Counted from the stretch's first letter, positions 1-13,544 are shown. The stretch: 64,000 nt of DNA from Chara braunii (GCA_003427395.1 BFEA01000007.1:1217285-1281284); one strand, 5' to 3'. Translations and numbers: made by a program. Notes: generated by a model from the letters alone, not told the origin.

Positions 1-3000
1 GGGATTATATATCGATAGGCTTTCAGGGTTTCGTTACCGAAAGTACAGTACGGGGTATCCGGATTTTACTAAGTCTCTCTAGGGATTATCTCTCGTCAGG
101 CTTTCGGGGTTTCGTTAATGAAAATGCACTACGGAGTTTCGTGATTTTACTTAGTCTCTATAAGGATTATATCTTAATAGGCTTTTCGGGTTTCGTTACC
201 GAAAATACACTGCGGGGTTTCATGATTTTACTCTGTCTCTCTAGGGATTATATTTCAATAGACTTTCGGGGTTTCATTACCGAAAATGCACTACCGGGTT
301 TCGGGATTTTACTTAGTCTCTCTAGGAATTAAATCTCGATAGGTTTTCGGGGTTTCGATAGCGAAAATGCACTACAGGGTTTCATGATTTCACTTAGTCT
401 CTATATGGATTATATCTCGAAGGCTTTCAGGGTTTCGTTACCGAAACTACACTACTGGGTTTCGAGATTTTACTCAGTCTCTCTAGGGATTATATCTCGA
501 TAGGCTTTTGGGGTTTCGTTACCGAAAACACACTACGGGGTTTCGGGATTTTACTTAGCCTCTCTAGGGATTATATCTCGATAGGCGTTCGGGGTTTCGT
601 TACCGAAAATTCACTACAGGGTTTCGAGATTTTACTAAGTCTCTTCAGGGATTCTATAGGCTTTCGGGGTTTCGTTACCAAAAATACATTTCAGGGTTTC
701 AGAATTTTACTTAATCTTTCTATGGATTATGTCTTGATAGGCTTTCGGGGTTTCGTTACCAAAAATACACAACTGGGTTTCAGGATTTTACGTATTCTCT
801 ATAAGGATTAAATCTCGATAGGCTTTCGGGGTTTTGATAGCGGAAATGCACTACGGGGTGTCGGGATTTTACTTAGTCTCTCTAGGGATTATATTTCATT
901 AGGCTTTCGGGGTTTTGTTACCGAAAATACACTACGGGGTTTCAGAATTTTTCTTAGTCTACGGGGTTTCGGGATTTTACTAAGTCTCTCTAGGGATTAT
1001 ATCTCGATAGGCTTTCGGGTTTTCGTTACCGAAAATACACTTCGGGGTTTTGGGATTTTACTCAGTCTCTCTAGGGATTATATCTTGATAGACTTTCAAT
1101 GTTTCGTTACCGAAAATACAGTACGGGGTTTTTGGATTTTACTTGGTCTTTGTAGGGATTATATCTCGATTGGCTTTCGGAGTTTCGTTACTGAAAATGC
1201 ACTACGGAGTTTCGTGATTTTACTTAGTCTCTTAAATGATTATATCTTAATAGGCTTTCAGGGTTTCGTTACCGAAAATACAGTACGGGTTTCATGATTT
1301 TACTAATTCTCTCTAGGGATTGTATCTCGATAGGATTTCGGGGTTTCATGACCGAAAATGCACTACCGGGTTTCGGGATTTTACTTAGTCTCTCTAGGTA
1401 TTAAATCTCGATAGTTTTTCGGGGTTTCGATAGCGAAAATGCACTACGGGATTTCAGGATTTCACTTAGTCTCTCTAGGGATTATATCTCGAAGACTTTC
1501 GGGGTTTCGTTACCGAAAATACACTACGGGGTTTCGAGATTTTACTCTGAGTCTCTAAGGATTATATCTCGATAGGGTTTCGTTACCGAAAACAGACTAC
1601 GGGGTTTCGGGATTATACTTAGCCTCTCTAAGGATTATATCTCGATAGGCTTTCAGGGTTTCGTTACCGAAAATGCGCTACGAGGTTTCGAGATTTGACG
1701 AAGTCTCTCTAGGGATTCTATAGGCTTTCGGGGTTTCGTGACCAAAAGTACATTTAGGGGTTTCTAGATTTTACTCAGTGTCTCTAGGGAATATGTCTTG
1801 ATAGGCTTTCGGGGTTTCGTTACCGAAAATACACTACGGGGTTCCGGGATTTTACTTAGTCTCTTTTCGGTAACGAAGCCCCCAAAGCCTATCGAAATAT
1901 AATCCTTAAAGAGACTGAGTAAAATCCCGAAACCCCGAAGTGTATTTTCAGTAACAAAATCCCGAAAGCCTATCGAGATATAATTCATAGAGAGACGGAG
2001 TAAATCCCGAAACCCCATGGACTAAGTAAAATTATGAAACCCCGTAGTGTATTTTCAATAACAAAACCCCGAAAACCTATAAAAATATAATCCCGAGAGA
2101 GACTGAGTAAACTCCCGAAACCCCGTAGTGCATTTTTGAATTTTACTTAGTCTCTCTATGGATTATACCTCGATAGACTTTCGGGGGTTCGATAGCGAAA
2201 ATGCACTACAGGGTTTCGGGATTTTACTTAGTCTCTCGAGGGATTCTATCTTGATAGGCTTTCGGGGTTTCGTTACCGAAAATTTACTACGGGGTTTCGG
2301 GATCTTACTCGGTCTCTCTAGGGCTTATATCTCGATAGACTTTCGGGGTTCCATTAATGAAAATGCACTACGGGGTTTCGGGATTTTACTTAGTCTCTCT
2401 AGAGATTAAATCTCGATAGGCTATCGGAGTTTCGATAGTGAAAATGCACCACAGGGTTTTGAGATTTTACTTAGTCTCTCTAGGGATTATATCTCGATAG
2501 GCTTTCGGGTTTTCGTTACGGAAAATACACTACGGGGTTTCGAGATTTTACTCAGTCTCTCTCGGGATTATATCTCGATAGGCTTTCGGGGTTTCTTTAC
2601 CGAAAACACACTACGGGGTTTCGGGATTTTAGTTAGCCTCTCTAGGGATTATATCTCGATACGCATTCGGGGTTTCGTTACCCAAAATGCACTACGGGGT
2701 TTCATAATTTTACTTAGTCTACGGGGTTTCGAGATTTTACTTAGTCTCTCTAGGGATTATATCTCGATAGGGTTTCGGTGTTTCGTTACTGAAAATACAC
2801 TACGGGGTTTCGGGATCTTACTAAGTCTCTCTTTGGATTATATCTTGATAGGCGTTCGGGCTTTCGTTACCGAAAATACACTACGGGGTTTCTGAATTTT
2901 ACTTAGTCGTTTGAAGAATGATATCTCGATAGGCTTTCGAGGTTTCGTTACCGAAAATACACTACGGGGTTTCGGGATTTTACTTAGTTTCTCTAGGGAT

Positions 3001-3430
3001 TATATCTCAATAGGCTTTGGGGGTTTCGTTAGCGAAAATGCAGTACGGGGTTTTGGGATTTTACTTGGTCTCTCTAGGGATTATATCTCGATAGGCTTTC
3101 GGGGTTTCGTTACTGAAAATACACTACGGGGTTTCGGGATTTTACTTAGTCGCTCTAGGGATTATATCTCGATAGGCGTTCGGGGTTTCATTACCGAAAA
3201 TACATTAAGGATTTCAAAATTTTATTTAACCTATCTATGAATTATATGTCGATAGATATTCGTGGTTTGGTTAGCAAAAATACATTTTGGGATTTTAGGA
3301 ATTTACTAAGCCTCGATAAAAATTATATCTTGATCGGTATTGGGGGTTTCGTTAGCAAGAATATACTATGGGATTTTTAGACTTTAATGAGTATATTTAG
3401 GATTAATAGCTCTTTGGGTATTAAGGGTTT
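1..3430 (+). repeat. Tandem satellite, 81-bp monomer (GGGATTATATCTCGATAGGCTTTCGGGGTTTCGTTACCGAAAATACACTACGGGGTTTCGGGATTTTACTTAGTCTCTCTA); runs off the left edge and decays after ~3200
   Basis: GGGATTAT-type starts recur at 1, 82, 163, 244, etc. The 27-aa periodic ORFs in the track are a by-product of the 81-bp unit. Confidence 0.97.
1864..2137 (-). repeat. Inverted block of ~3 satellite monomers inside the array
   Basis: Sequence reads as the reverse complement of the monomer (GAGACTGAGTAAAATCCCGAAACCCCG...). Confidence 0.9.
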
Positions 3431-3950
3431 CGTTATGGAAAATACCTTCAATTCTTCTGGGGATACTGGCCTCAGTGAGACCCCCAAAACAATTTTTTCT
3501 TATTGGGTGGACTTTTGATTTAATGAAAACATACTGTTGAATTTTGGAACATTGCGTAGTGTCTTTAGAAAAAACTTGATAGACAATTTTTAAAATGTTA
3601 AACTGAAATTGGTTCAAGAAAAATAATTTGAAAAAAAATATTAGAAGATCCAGATAGAGGCTGTTTTAATTATGTAAACTAAAACATGTTGAAAAAAATA
3701 AATACAAATATAATATATATATATATATATAAACCGACAGTCTGTAGAGTTTTCCATCTGGTGTGGGTGAGTGATAGTCTACTTTGATTTTGGTTAAGGT
3801 AGATTATCANNNNNNNNNNNNNNNNNNNNNNNNNNNNNNNNNNNNNNNNNNNNNNNNNNNNNNNNNNNNNNNNNNNNNNNNNNNNNNNNNNNNNNNNNNN
3901 NNNNNNNNNNNNNNNNNNNNNNNNNNNNNNNNNNNNNNNNNNNNNNNNNN

Positions 3951-4019
<69 letters not shown>

Positions 4020-4119
4020 GTTACAAACAGATATATATATACATATATATATATATACATACATATATATATACACATATATATATATCGTCACATAGAA
4101 CTATGTATATATATATATG
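3951..4119. repeat. (TA)n microsatellite next to an assembly gap
   Basis: Read directly from the sequence. Confidence 0.95.
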
Positions 4120-4854
4120 CAGGGTAACCGGTGGTCGGGACGGGCCGAACGCCCGAACCCGAACGCCCGACCGTATGGGAGCCTTTGGGGATGCGTTCGG
4201 CCGTTCGAGCCGAACGCGGACCCAAAAAAAAAGTCATTAAAAAAACCTGAAACAAATATACGTTATGGAGAAAAATACATTAAACAAGATTTGTATGAGC
4301 ATAACATCCAAATTCCATACCAAATTTAAAATACAAATAAAATAAGAAAAATAATACTAATAATAAAATAAAAAAAAATAATAAATTTAGTGAGTGCGCG
4401 AGCATGTTTTTGACACCGCCATCTTTGGAGATTTGTTATTTTGTTTTGACATAGCTAAATGCCCTGAAAATTTAAAGATGTATACTTCACATAATACAAA
4501 ACACACTAAAAAAGTTTCAAAAAATAATAAAATTGTTTAGACCCCGGACTAAAGTGAAAACAAAAAGTAAAAAGTAAAAAGATACGTGGGCGAGCACATT
4601 TTGACACCGCCATCTTTGGCGATTTTTAATTCTTATTTGGCTTAGCCAAATGACTTGCGAAGGTACAGGCATGTACCTCACATCATAGAGAACTCATAAA
4701 AAGCAGTTTCTAAAAAACTAATTATCTTTATGCCCTGAAATATTTTTTGGCGGGGGCCGAACACCGTCGGGTTTGGACCCCGTACGAAACCCCGAACGCC
4801 CGTACTTACGGAGGTCTGCGCGGGGACCTCCGTACGTACGGGCTGGTGACCCTG
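4120..4854. mobile_element. Non-autonomous hAT-type DNA transposon (MITE), 735 bp
   Basis: TIRs CAGGGTAACCGG and CTGGTGACCCTG. 8-bp TSD TATATATG at 4112-4119 and 4855-4862. Subterminal CCGAAC/GTTCGG repeats. CAGGG termini with an 8-bp TSD are typical of hAT. Confidence 0.85.
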
Positions 4855-7031
4855 TATATATGTATATTCTTTAGTCGGAGAAAAAAATTACTGAGCTAAT
4901 ACGAGATTCTATAGAGCGATATATCCAACCTCATAAAACATTTGATAGAGAGTATTCTAATTCTTAAACTGAAACAGGTTAAAGGGAAGAGAAAAAAAAA
5001 ATCATAGAAAATATTCAAATTGTTGAACTAAAACGTACAACGAAAAAAAGAAAATAAAAAACAATTGTTTTGGTGGTTGGGCTAAGGTGTGACCTACATG
5101 AATGTTTTGTTGTTTTTGACTTTGCTTTCCATTTTAAGAGTGAAAAAGTGAAAAAACAAAACTAGTGCGAGATTCTTTAAAGCGACATGTCCGGCCTCTT
5201 CACGATCGGTTTGAAAGACTCACCTATGTGGCCTGCTTTTCATTCGCCTTAGCCAAGTGACTGGTAGAGTACCGATAATATTATAGTTGTTCAATCGAGA
5301 TAGATAGATCTAAGAAAAAACTGAAAAAAAAGATAAAAACGAACTGGCGCCAGGGTCGGGGTGCAACTCTATTAAATGTCGTCCCTCGCGTGAGTTTGCT
5401 TTCCACTTGGGAGAGTGAGAAAGTAGAAAAAAAATAGTTAATTTTTAGGACTTGTAGAATTGGAGGGCCACTTTAGACCAGGTCTGGTTGGAGGCCCCAA
5501 CTTTGCGGCCTGACCTGCCCTTACCCAAGCCAAGTGGCCGGTAGCATATTGAGAAATTCATAATTCTTGAAGTGAAAGAAAGAAAATTTAAAAACAAAAA
5601 AAAACACAAGTCTATTAATTAAGCGGCCCCGCCAGGGCGTGACCCATTTACATTTTCTTTAGTGGTCGATAAGTAATCACCCAACCATAATTCTGAAACC
5701 ACCAATACTTGGCCCATACATCGGCCGCAGGCGTAAAACGTATGTGCTCCTCAACTTTCGGGCTTCAGCACTACCGAGTCACAATAGCTGGCGACGCCTA
5801 CCAAAAGAAAAAAAGTTGGTCGCGATGTGGGTTAGCCGACTTTGGCGCATATGACACTTTTGCCCTCGTACAAAAGTTCATCGGGAAGTACCACCCATGT
5901 CGCCCGGGTCCCCAAGGCGGGCATGAGACCTGAGCGGAATGATTTGCCGAGCAACCGAGCCAGACGGGGTCCCTACTAGTAACCCGGAAAAAAACAATGT
6001 GCATAATAGCAATCGAAACAACTTTTGGCTGAGGGTCACTTTTATATTGTTTACAGAAATCGAAATAAAAATAAAAAACAGGAAGGAAAATTATTACCTC
6101 CTTTTGGAGGATCCTTCAACTCCTTTGAAACCACTATAAGACCCTTAACCACCCCTTCTCCCCTATCAAACTGACGTGCACCACGAACTAAAATTATGCC
6201 GAATTTGGGAAGCTCTCAGAGAGTGCAAAATACCCCTAGCATCTATTTTTTTTTCTTTTCTTTTGTTGTTTTTTTTACCTGCCTGGGTGACCCTGGCGGG
6301 AGGGTCTCAGGCGTACTGGCCCGGTCGCCCTGCAGGGCAATTGGGCTCGTGCGAGTCTGGTAGCCCGGGTTGCTAATCAATTCAGAACGTTGTTACAACT
6401 TTCATTAAAAGTAAAAAAAAACAACAATAGTCCGAGATACATATGGACAGCAATGGAGCAAGCCAACTATCTCGATTTGTTGGCATTGAGTGCCCCTGTT
6501 GCATACTAGTGCAAATAAACACAAGTGCAGCACCAAGAACTGATCAATTATAAAAGATGATTACGATGTAGTGGAAGAATGAAATCATAGACTGACTCAC
6601 AAATGACTAGACTGCATACAGACACACACACATATCAATCAGTGGGTTATGGTCTGGCGCTCATACATAGAAAGTACGCCAGCCTGTACAACCATACACA
6701 TATGAAGTGGGGGAGAAGAGATGAAGTGGAGGAGGGAGATGAAGTCAATAGCCATGGACACTGATATGGAATACAAAAAATGTTATCAATATAGAATTTC
6801 AAATGTCACCGAGCAAAATTCAAAATGTTGTTCACATAGAGCCCCAATGTCGACGATACAGAATCTCAAGTGTCGATGATACTTAATCTACATGTCGTTG
6901 AATACCAATCCGAAAATAACCTCTAGAGTCTCTGTTCGGTAACTGGTCCAATGTTGATGTCACTAACATCTACCACTGATTTCTACCCCTAATCATTACT
7001 TGAGAATATAGAGGAGTTTAAGAAGGTGAAG

Positions 7032-7075
<44 letters not shown>

Positions 7076-7257
7076 AGAAGAAGAAGAAGAAGAGGAATAA
7101 CCGAAAGGGGCAGAGGAGGAGATGAAGGTGGAAGGTTGGAGCAAGGAAGATTGACTCTCTCGCTCCATCCTGACCGAGGCCCAGATGTGTAAGGTGTCGT
7201 CTTGGAGTTCCTAGACACTGCTAGCCTGAAGTTGGAGCTGTGATGTCAACAAGTCAT

Positions 7258-7260
<3 letters not shown>

Positions 7261-7342
<82 letters not shown>
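7261..7342. repeat. (CT)n microsatellite
   Basis: Read directly from the sequence. Confidence 0.95.
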
Positions 7343-7346
<4 letters not shown>

Positions 7347-8039
7347 AGTGCTGCATGACACTCAACTTAGTGCTGGGTGTAGCAGCGCTGCGCTGAAGCA
7401 AAACTGGCACAGCACAAAGTCTCAATGTGTCCTCTGGTACTACCTGGTAAATAGTGTTGGTTTGACCTGTTCAACCTAGGTCTAGTACGAGCACTCAGAT
7501 GTGGACCGTCGGATCGTCGATCCGATCTGCAGTCCAGCATTGGGCCGTAAGGGGAAGTGTCGTATGAAAGTGAGATCCTCAAAAGCGACTGTGGTGATGC
7601 CCTACCTACAATATGGTCTTATCAGAGTTACCACTGTGACTTCACACTCGATATATAGAAGTCTCATTAAGCCACATGGTGAGTAGGCACATGTGATGAC
7701 CTCACACTGCAACATGGCCGTATAAGAGTTACCACATGGTGGGGCACTGAGCTCCTCCAAGAAAGGGCCAGAAGAGAATCCCGATGACTAATACGATCAT
7801 TATTTATGTCATCACCGTTGATTACCCTAAGGCGCATCATGGGGCACTTAGTCTTCTACCGCTTTTGTATGGCTTTGTTCTTGATTTCACTTGCGTCAAA
7901 CAAAATGTAGCAAAGAGGATCCTTCATACTTGCAAACATATCAATAATTTTTTCATTTTGTAGCATTCGAGACAGAAATGAAAGGAGACATACCTTCCAA
8001 ATGGGCAAACACAACAAAATGACAAAGAAAATATCAGGG

Positions 8040-10260
8040 TGAACGACTAAGCGAAATCCCGAAATCCGGAAGTGCGATTTCAGTAACGAAATCCCAAACA
8101 ACGTGCAGATAAGACTTACAAAAAACGACTAAGTAAAATCCCGAAATCCCGAAGTGCGATTTCAATGACGAAATCCTTAATGTCGTGTGGATAAGACTCG
8201 AAAACGACTAAGTAAGATCTTGAGATCCCGAAGTGCGATTTCGGTAACCAAATCCTGAATGTCGTGCGGATATGTCTTCGAAAAAACGACTAAGTAAAAT
8301 CCCAAAATCCCGAAGTGCGATTTCGGTGACGAAATCACGAACGCATGTGCGGATATGACTTCGAAAACCGACTCAGTAAAATCCTGAAATCCCGAAGTGC
8401 GATTTCGGTAACGAAACCCCGAATGCCGTGCAGATATGACTTTAAAAAACGACCTGGTAAAATCCCGAAATCCCGAAGTGCGATTTCGGTGACGAAATCC
8501 CGAACATCATGCAGATAAGACTCACGAAAAATGACTAAGTAAAATCCCGAAACCTCGAAGTGCGATTTCGGTGACGAAATCCAGAATGTTGTGCGGATAT
8601 GTCTTCGAAAAAACGACTAAGTAAAATCATGAAATCCCGAAGTGCAATTTCGGTGACGAAATCCCGAACCGCACGTGCGGATATGACATTGATATGACTT
8701 CGAAAACTGACTAAGTAAAATCCTGAAATCCTGAAGTGTGATTTCGGTAACGAAATCCCAAACGCCGTGCGGATATAACTTTAAAAAACGACTTAGTAAA
8801 ATCCCGAAACCCCGAAGTGCGATTTCGGTGACGAAATCCCGAATGTTGTGCGGATAAGACTCACAAAAAACGCCTAAGTAAAATCTCGAAATCCCGAAGT
8901 GCGATTTCAGTAACGAAATCCCGAATGTCGTATGGATAAAACTTCGAAGAACGACTAAGCGAAATCCCAAAATCCGGAAGTGCGATTTCGGTAATGAAAT
9001 CCCGAACAACGTGCGGATAAGACTCACGAAAAACGACTAAGTAAAATCCCGAAATCCCAACGTGCGATTTCGGTGACGAAATCCCGAATGTCGTGCGCAT
9101 AAGACTCGAAAACAACTAAGTAAGATCCCGAAATCCCGAAGTGCGGTTTTGGTAACCAAATCTCGAATGTTGTGCGGATATGTCTTCGAAAAAATGACCA
9201 AGTAAAATCCCGAAATCCCAAATTGCGATTTCGGTGACAAAATCCCGAACGCATGTGCGGATATGACTTCGAAAACCGACTAAGTAAAATCCCGAAGTGC
9301 GATTTTGGTAACGAAATCCCGAACGTCGTGCGGATATGAGTTCCAAAAACGACCTGGTAAAATCCCGAAATCCCGAAGTGCGATTTCGGTGAGGAAATCC
9401 CGAAAAACGACTAAGTAAAATCTCGAAATCACGAAGTGCGATTTCGGTAACGAAATCCCGAATGCCGTACGGATAAAACTTCGAAGAACGACTAAGCGAA
9501 ATCCCGAAATCCAGAAGTGCGATTTCGGTAACGAAATCCCGAACAACGTGCAGATAAAACTCACGAAAAACGACTAAGTAAAATCCCAAAATCCCGAAGT
9601 GCGATTTCGGTGACGAAATCCCCAATGTCGTGCGGATAAGACTCGAAAACGACTAAGTAAGATCCCAAAATCGCACTCCCGAAGTGCGATTTCGGTAACC
9701 AAATATCGAATGTCGTGCAGATATGTCTTCGAAAAAATGACTAAGTAAAATCTTGAAATCCCAAAGTGCGATTTCGGTGACGAAATCCCGAACGCATGTG
9801 CGGACATGACTTCGAAAACCGACTAAATAAAATTATGAAACCCCAAAGTGCGATTTCAGTAATGAAATCCCGAACGCCGTGCGCATATGACTTGCAAAAA
9901 CGACCTGGTAAACCCCAAAATCCCGAAGTGCGATTTCGGTGACGAAATTCCGAACGCCATGCGGATAAGACTCGCGAAAAATGACTAAGTAAAATCTCAA
10001 AACCCCAAAGTGTGATTTCGGTCACGAAATCCCGAATGTCGTGCGGATATATCTTCGAAAAAACGACTAGGTAAAATCCCGAAATCCCGAAGTGCAATTT
10101 CGGTAACGAAATCCCTAACTGCACGTTCGGATATGACTTCGAAAAAACGACTAAGTAAAATGCTGAAATCCCAAAGTGCGAATTCGGTAATGAAATCCCC
10201 AATACGCGTAACGAAATCCCGAACGACATGTGGAGAAAATGACTAAGAAAAATCCCGAAG
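8040..10260 (-). repeat. Second ~81-82-bp satellite array, homologous to the first but inverted, with higher-order structure
   Basis: Monomer core GACTAAGTAAAATCCCGAAATCCCGAAGTGCGATTTCGGTGACGAAATCCCGAA aligns with the reverse complement of array 1 (GACTAAGTAAAATCCCGAAACCCCGTAGTGTATTTTCGGTAACGAAACCCCGAA). Confidence 0.93.
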
Positions 10261-10299
10261 TCCTGATGCACGAGTCGATATCACTTCAAATATCGGTAA

Positions 10300-11747
10300 C
10301 TTATGGCTTCAATAAAAACTTTATAGACTTAGTTGTTATCCTATTATTGGAACTGTATGAAAGAACCCTGAGTTGTTTCTAGAATATCGAATGACTGATG
10401 ACTTACTCTTGTTGCTGGATAAAACCGAAGAACGATTGTGTGTTCCTCACTTAGAAACAATCAAAAGTTTAATTATCGAGAAATGTCATGATGTGGAAGG
10501 TCACTTTGGTTTTAAGAAGACGTATGTCGATGTGCGAGAACGTTTTAAGTGGAAAGAAATGAAAGAAGATGTACTAACATATGTGCGGACTTGTCTTGTC
10601 TGTCAAAGGAATAAACCCTTACACGGGAATCCAATGAGACTATTGTGACCACTCCCTATCCCTAGTGAGCCAGGTGAGTCTATTTCTATTCATTTTATGA
10701 GTCTCACTAAGAGTCGAAATGGTAACAGTCAGATAATGGTTATTGTCAATAGATTACCTAAGTATGCTATGTTCATTTTTTTGCCTGCGGAAGCTAGAAC
10801 CAAACTAGTCATTCAAAAATTTCAAATGTGATGAGTCTCTAAATATGGATTTATCAAAACCATCGTATCAGACAAAGATATTCGGTTACCAGTGTACAAT
10901 GACAAAAGTTGATGGAAGTCTATGGAACCAGGTTGACCATGTCGTCAGGCACATATCCTGAAACGAATGGCCAAACTTAGTGAATGAATCGTCTTTGCCA
11001 ACAACTTTTGTAAATGTATGTCCGTCCCGATTAGATTGATTGGGATGAGAACTTGCCTAAAATTGTTAATGCTTATAATAACAGTATACATACTGTTACA
11101 TGTAGAACGCCTAACGTACTGCATAAAGGATGGAAGCCTAGGCGTCCTATTGATGCGTTAACAAAGGGACCAGATTCAGAGGTTACCTTCAGGTACGCGT
11201 GAATTCGCAGTTTTGTATGAAGAAAACATTAAGAAGGTGAAGGAAAACATAAAGAAAGTCCAACTCCACATGATCGAACAAGCTAATAAACATTGTCGTC
11301 CTTCAAAATTCCAAGAAGGGGACTTTGTCTTGGTTAAGTCTGAAGGGTTTTCCTTTAAAAAAAAATGTGTCTCAGAAACTGCTACTTGTCTATAATGGAC
11401 ACTGGGAAGTTCTCAAAATAATTGGAGATGAAGATGGACATTCCTATCATATAGATATACCTCCACACCTCAGAACATACCCTGTCTTCCATGCGTCTAA
11501 GTTGCGACCTTATGTAGAAAGTGATAATTTTTCAAATAGGTCATCTATGATTCCACCTTCTATGAAGGGAGGTTATGAAGTTGAGAAACTATTGGAACAT
11601 GGTTATTTTTCTACAGGTGGCAGAGAACGACCTCAGAAGCAGTACAAGGTAATGTTTAAGTCTCAACCTTCACCCGAAGCCAGATGGTTTAGTAGGAAAG
11701 AACTCCTACCCACTGCTCTTGATATTGTTGCTGCATATAAAACGTGA
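10300..11747 (+). pseudogene. Degenerate Ty3/Gypsy (chromovirus-like) integrase with C-terminal chromodomain
   Basis: HHCC zinc finger (CHDVEGHFG...CLVC), an rve core broken by stops and frameshifts, a GPY/F-region motif (PVFHASKLRPY) and a chromodomain-like tail (YEVEKLLEH...QYKVMFK...ARWF). Confidence 0.9.
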
Positions 11748-11805
11748 TTTAACTTACAATTGATATATTTTTTGCGATGAAACTCGAAAACTGAGCCGGT
11801 AGGAA

Positions 11806-13060
11806 TGCAATAACCCATGCCATATGTCTCGTGGAAAACTAAGGGTCAGTTCGGCCGCCCTTAACCCTAGTCGAAACGGGGGCAAAAGACCCCACACGAG
11901 GACTCAGGGCCTGGACGTGCAGCAGTTGACTTTGGTCAACTATCGGGATCCCAACAGTCAAAGTCGAAAGGTACCTAGCCCAGACCGCTGGTCAAGCACA
12001 CACACTTGTTTGTATGCAGGTACTCAGATAGCCTCAGGTCCAAGGGAGAAGTCTGCAATTGCACAATCTGGGCCCTCAGTTGTGGGCCCTCCGTTGTGAG
12101 TCGATCTGGACGACTGTGGGAAAGGCACCCGAGGCCGGATAACCTTGACCAATGATATTTAAGGTTGGCCTCGAGTGAGTCAAGCATTCAGTCCTGCTAT
12201 GCTGCTTTGACGCTGGCTCGAGTTTGAATAGACGCTGGCTACGAGCTGACAGTGCTCAAGCGTTGCGGACGACAACACGAGGAGGAGGCAGCATGTTGGC
12301 GCTTTCTTGCATTATGCGCCAGGCTTGCTGAGGTGGCATGCTGACGTGGCGCTACCTATGGTTTACATTACATGATGACGTGGCGCTACCTAGGTCTCCA
12401 TTGCATGATGACATGGCGCTACCTATGGTCTACATTGCATTATGATGTGGCGCTACCTCTGGTCTACATTGCATGTTGATGTGGCGCTACCTCTGTCTAC
12501 ATTGCATGCTGATGTGGCGCTGCCTCTCGTTTACAGTGCATATTGATGTGGTGCTGCTGGTCTACATTGCATGCTGATATGGCGCTACCACTGGTCTTCA
12601 TTGTTGATGTGGCATATGCCACCTATCTCAACTACTGACGTGGCAGTGTTCACGTTGTCTACATGAGGTGACTGGTTGCGAGGAAGAGGAAGATCGGGAT
12701 CTGTGGATGAAGGAGGTCAGGTACTCACCTGAGGTTGACCTCGACACTGGAATCTACTATGTCTTCATGGTCTTCACGAGATAAAGTGTCATGTGGCACT
12801 ATTGTGTGTGATCAGAGATATACTTATTATCATTGTTGACGTGGAGAGGGAAGAAGCCCGGAGAAGGAGAGGGATCTGAAGGGTTTATTACGGTGTGATC
12901 TCTCTTCCTCTCCTTTGTCTATCCCCCCTTCACTCTATCCTTTTGATGGTAATGAGATATTGTTTGAGATTTCACTTCAGGATTTAGAGACTTTGATGCA
13001 GATAATGAGACTACTGATGTTTGATGGCTTCTGAGTATCTGCCATACTAGGTTCATTACA
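11806..13060 (+). mobile_element. Probable 3' LTR of the chromovirus remnant
   Basis: Follows the purine-rich GAGCCGGTAGGAA. Starts TGCAATAACC and ends GGTTCATTACA, an imperfect TG...CA terminal inverted repeat. Confidence 0.6.
12328..12645 (+). repeat. ~34-35-bp minisatellite (TGA[C/T]GTGGCGCTACCTCTGGTCTACATTGCATGC), ~8-9 copies
   Basis: Read directly from the sequence. Confidence 0.9.
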
Positions 13061-13170
13061 CTTCTTCTTACAAAGATGGGCCTCCCTGCACTACGCTTCA
13101 AATGTCCAAAATGAGACTCAATCCAAACCTAGAACATAGATAGATACATTGCCATTTTTTTTGTCTTTTG

Positions 13171-13426
13171 TTCGCAACCCGCTAGGGGTGCGTTTTATGC
13201 CCCCCATAACATTTTTCGTCGTCGTTTGTTAGACGGTCGTTGGAAGGGTGGAAAAACAAGGCACGACAGTTTAGGGGGTGGTGGCATCTTATTTGAAACT
13301 GCAAGACCGGTAGCTGCTTGTGGGACAACACGGGTTTTGGTCGAAAAATAGAAACGGGGCCAAAGCAGCGGCGGGCGCACCCGTTGGCTCACTTTCGCAC
13401 CCGTTCCCTCTCGGTAAGTCAAATGT
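13171..13426 (-). repeat. ~255-bp repeat; inverted paralog of the sequence interrupted by the large Gypsy element (15928-16072 plus 30287-30400)
   Basis: Its reverse complement aligns to both flanks and reproduces the empty site GATGCCACCACCC[C/A]CTAAACTG. Confidence 0.85.
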
Positions 13427-13544
13427 TCGCAGCCCGTCAGGGGTGCCCTCAGACATTTTCGTCCTCCTTCGTTAAACTGGTCGTTGATTCAGGCTCGGTT
13501 GGTCATTCGAAGGCTTGAAAAATGCAAGCAGGTGCAGGCATGAC

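Noticed and set aside
1-10271. Periodic 60-176-aa ORFs in the satellites, and a CRISPR-like appearance
   Set aside because: The 81-bp (27-codon) monomers repeat in full with no unique spacers and no cas genes. The ORFs are frequently broken artefacts.
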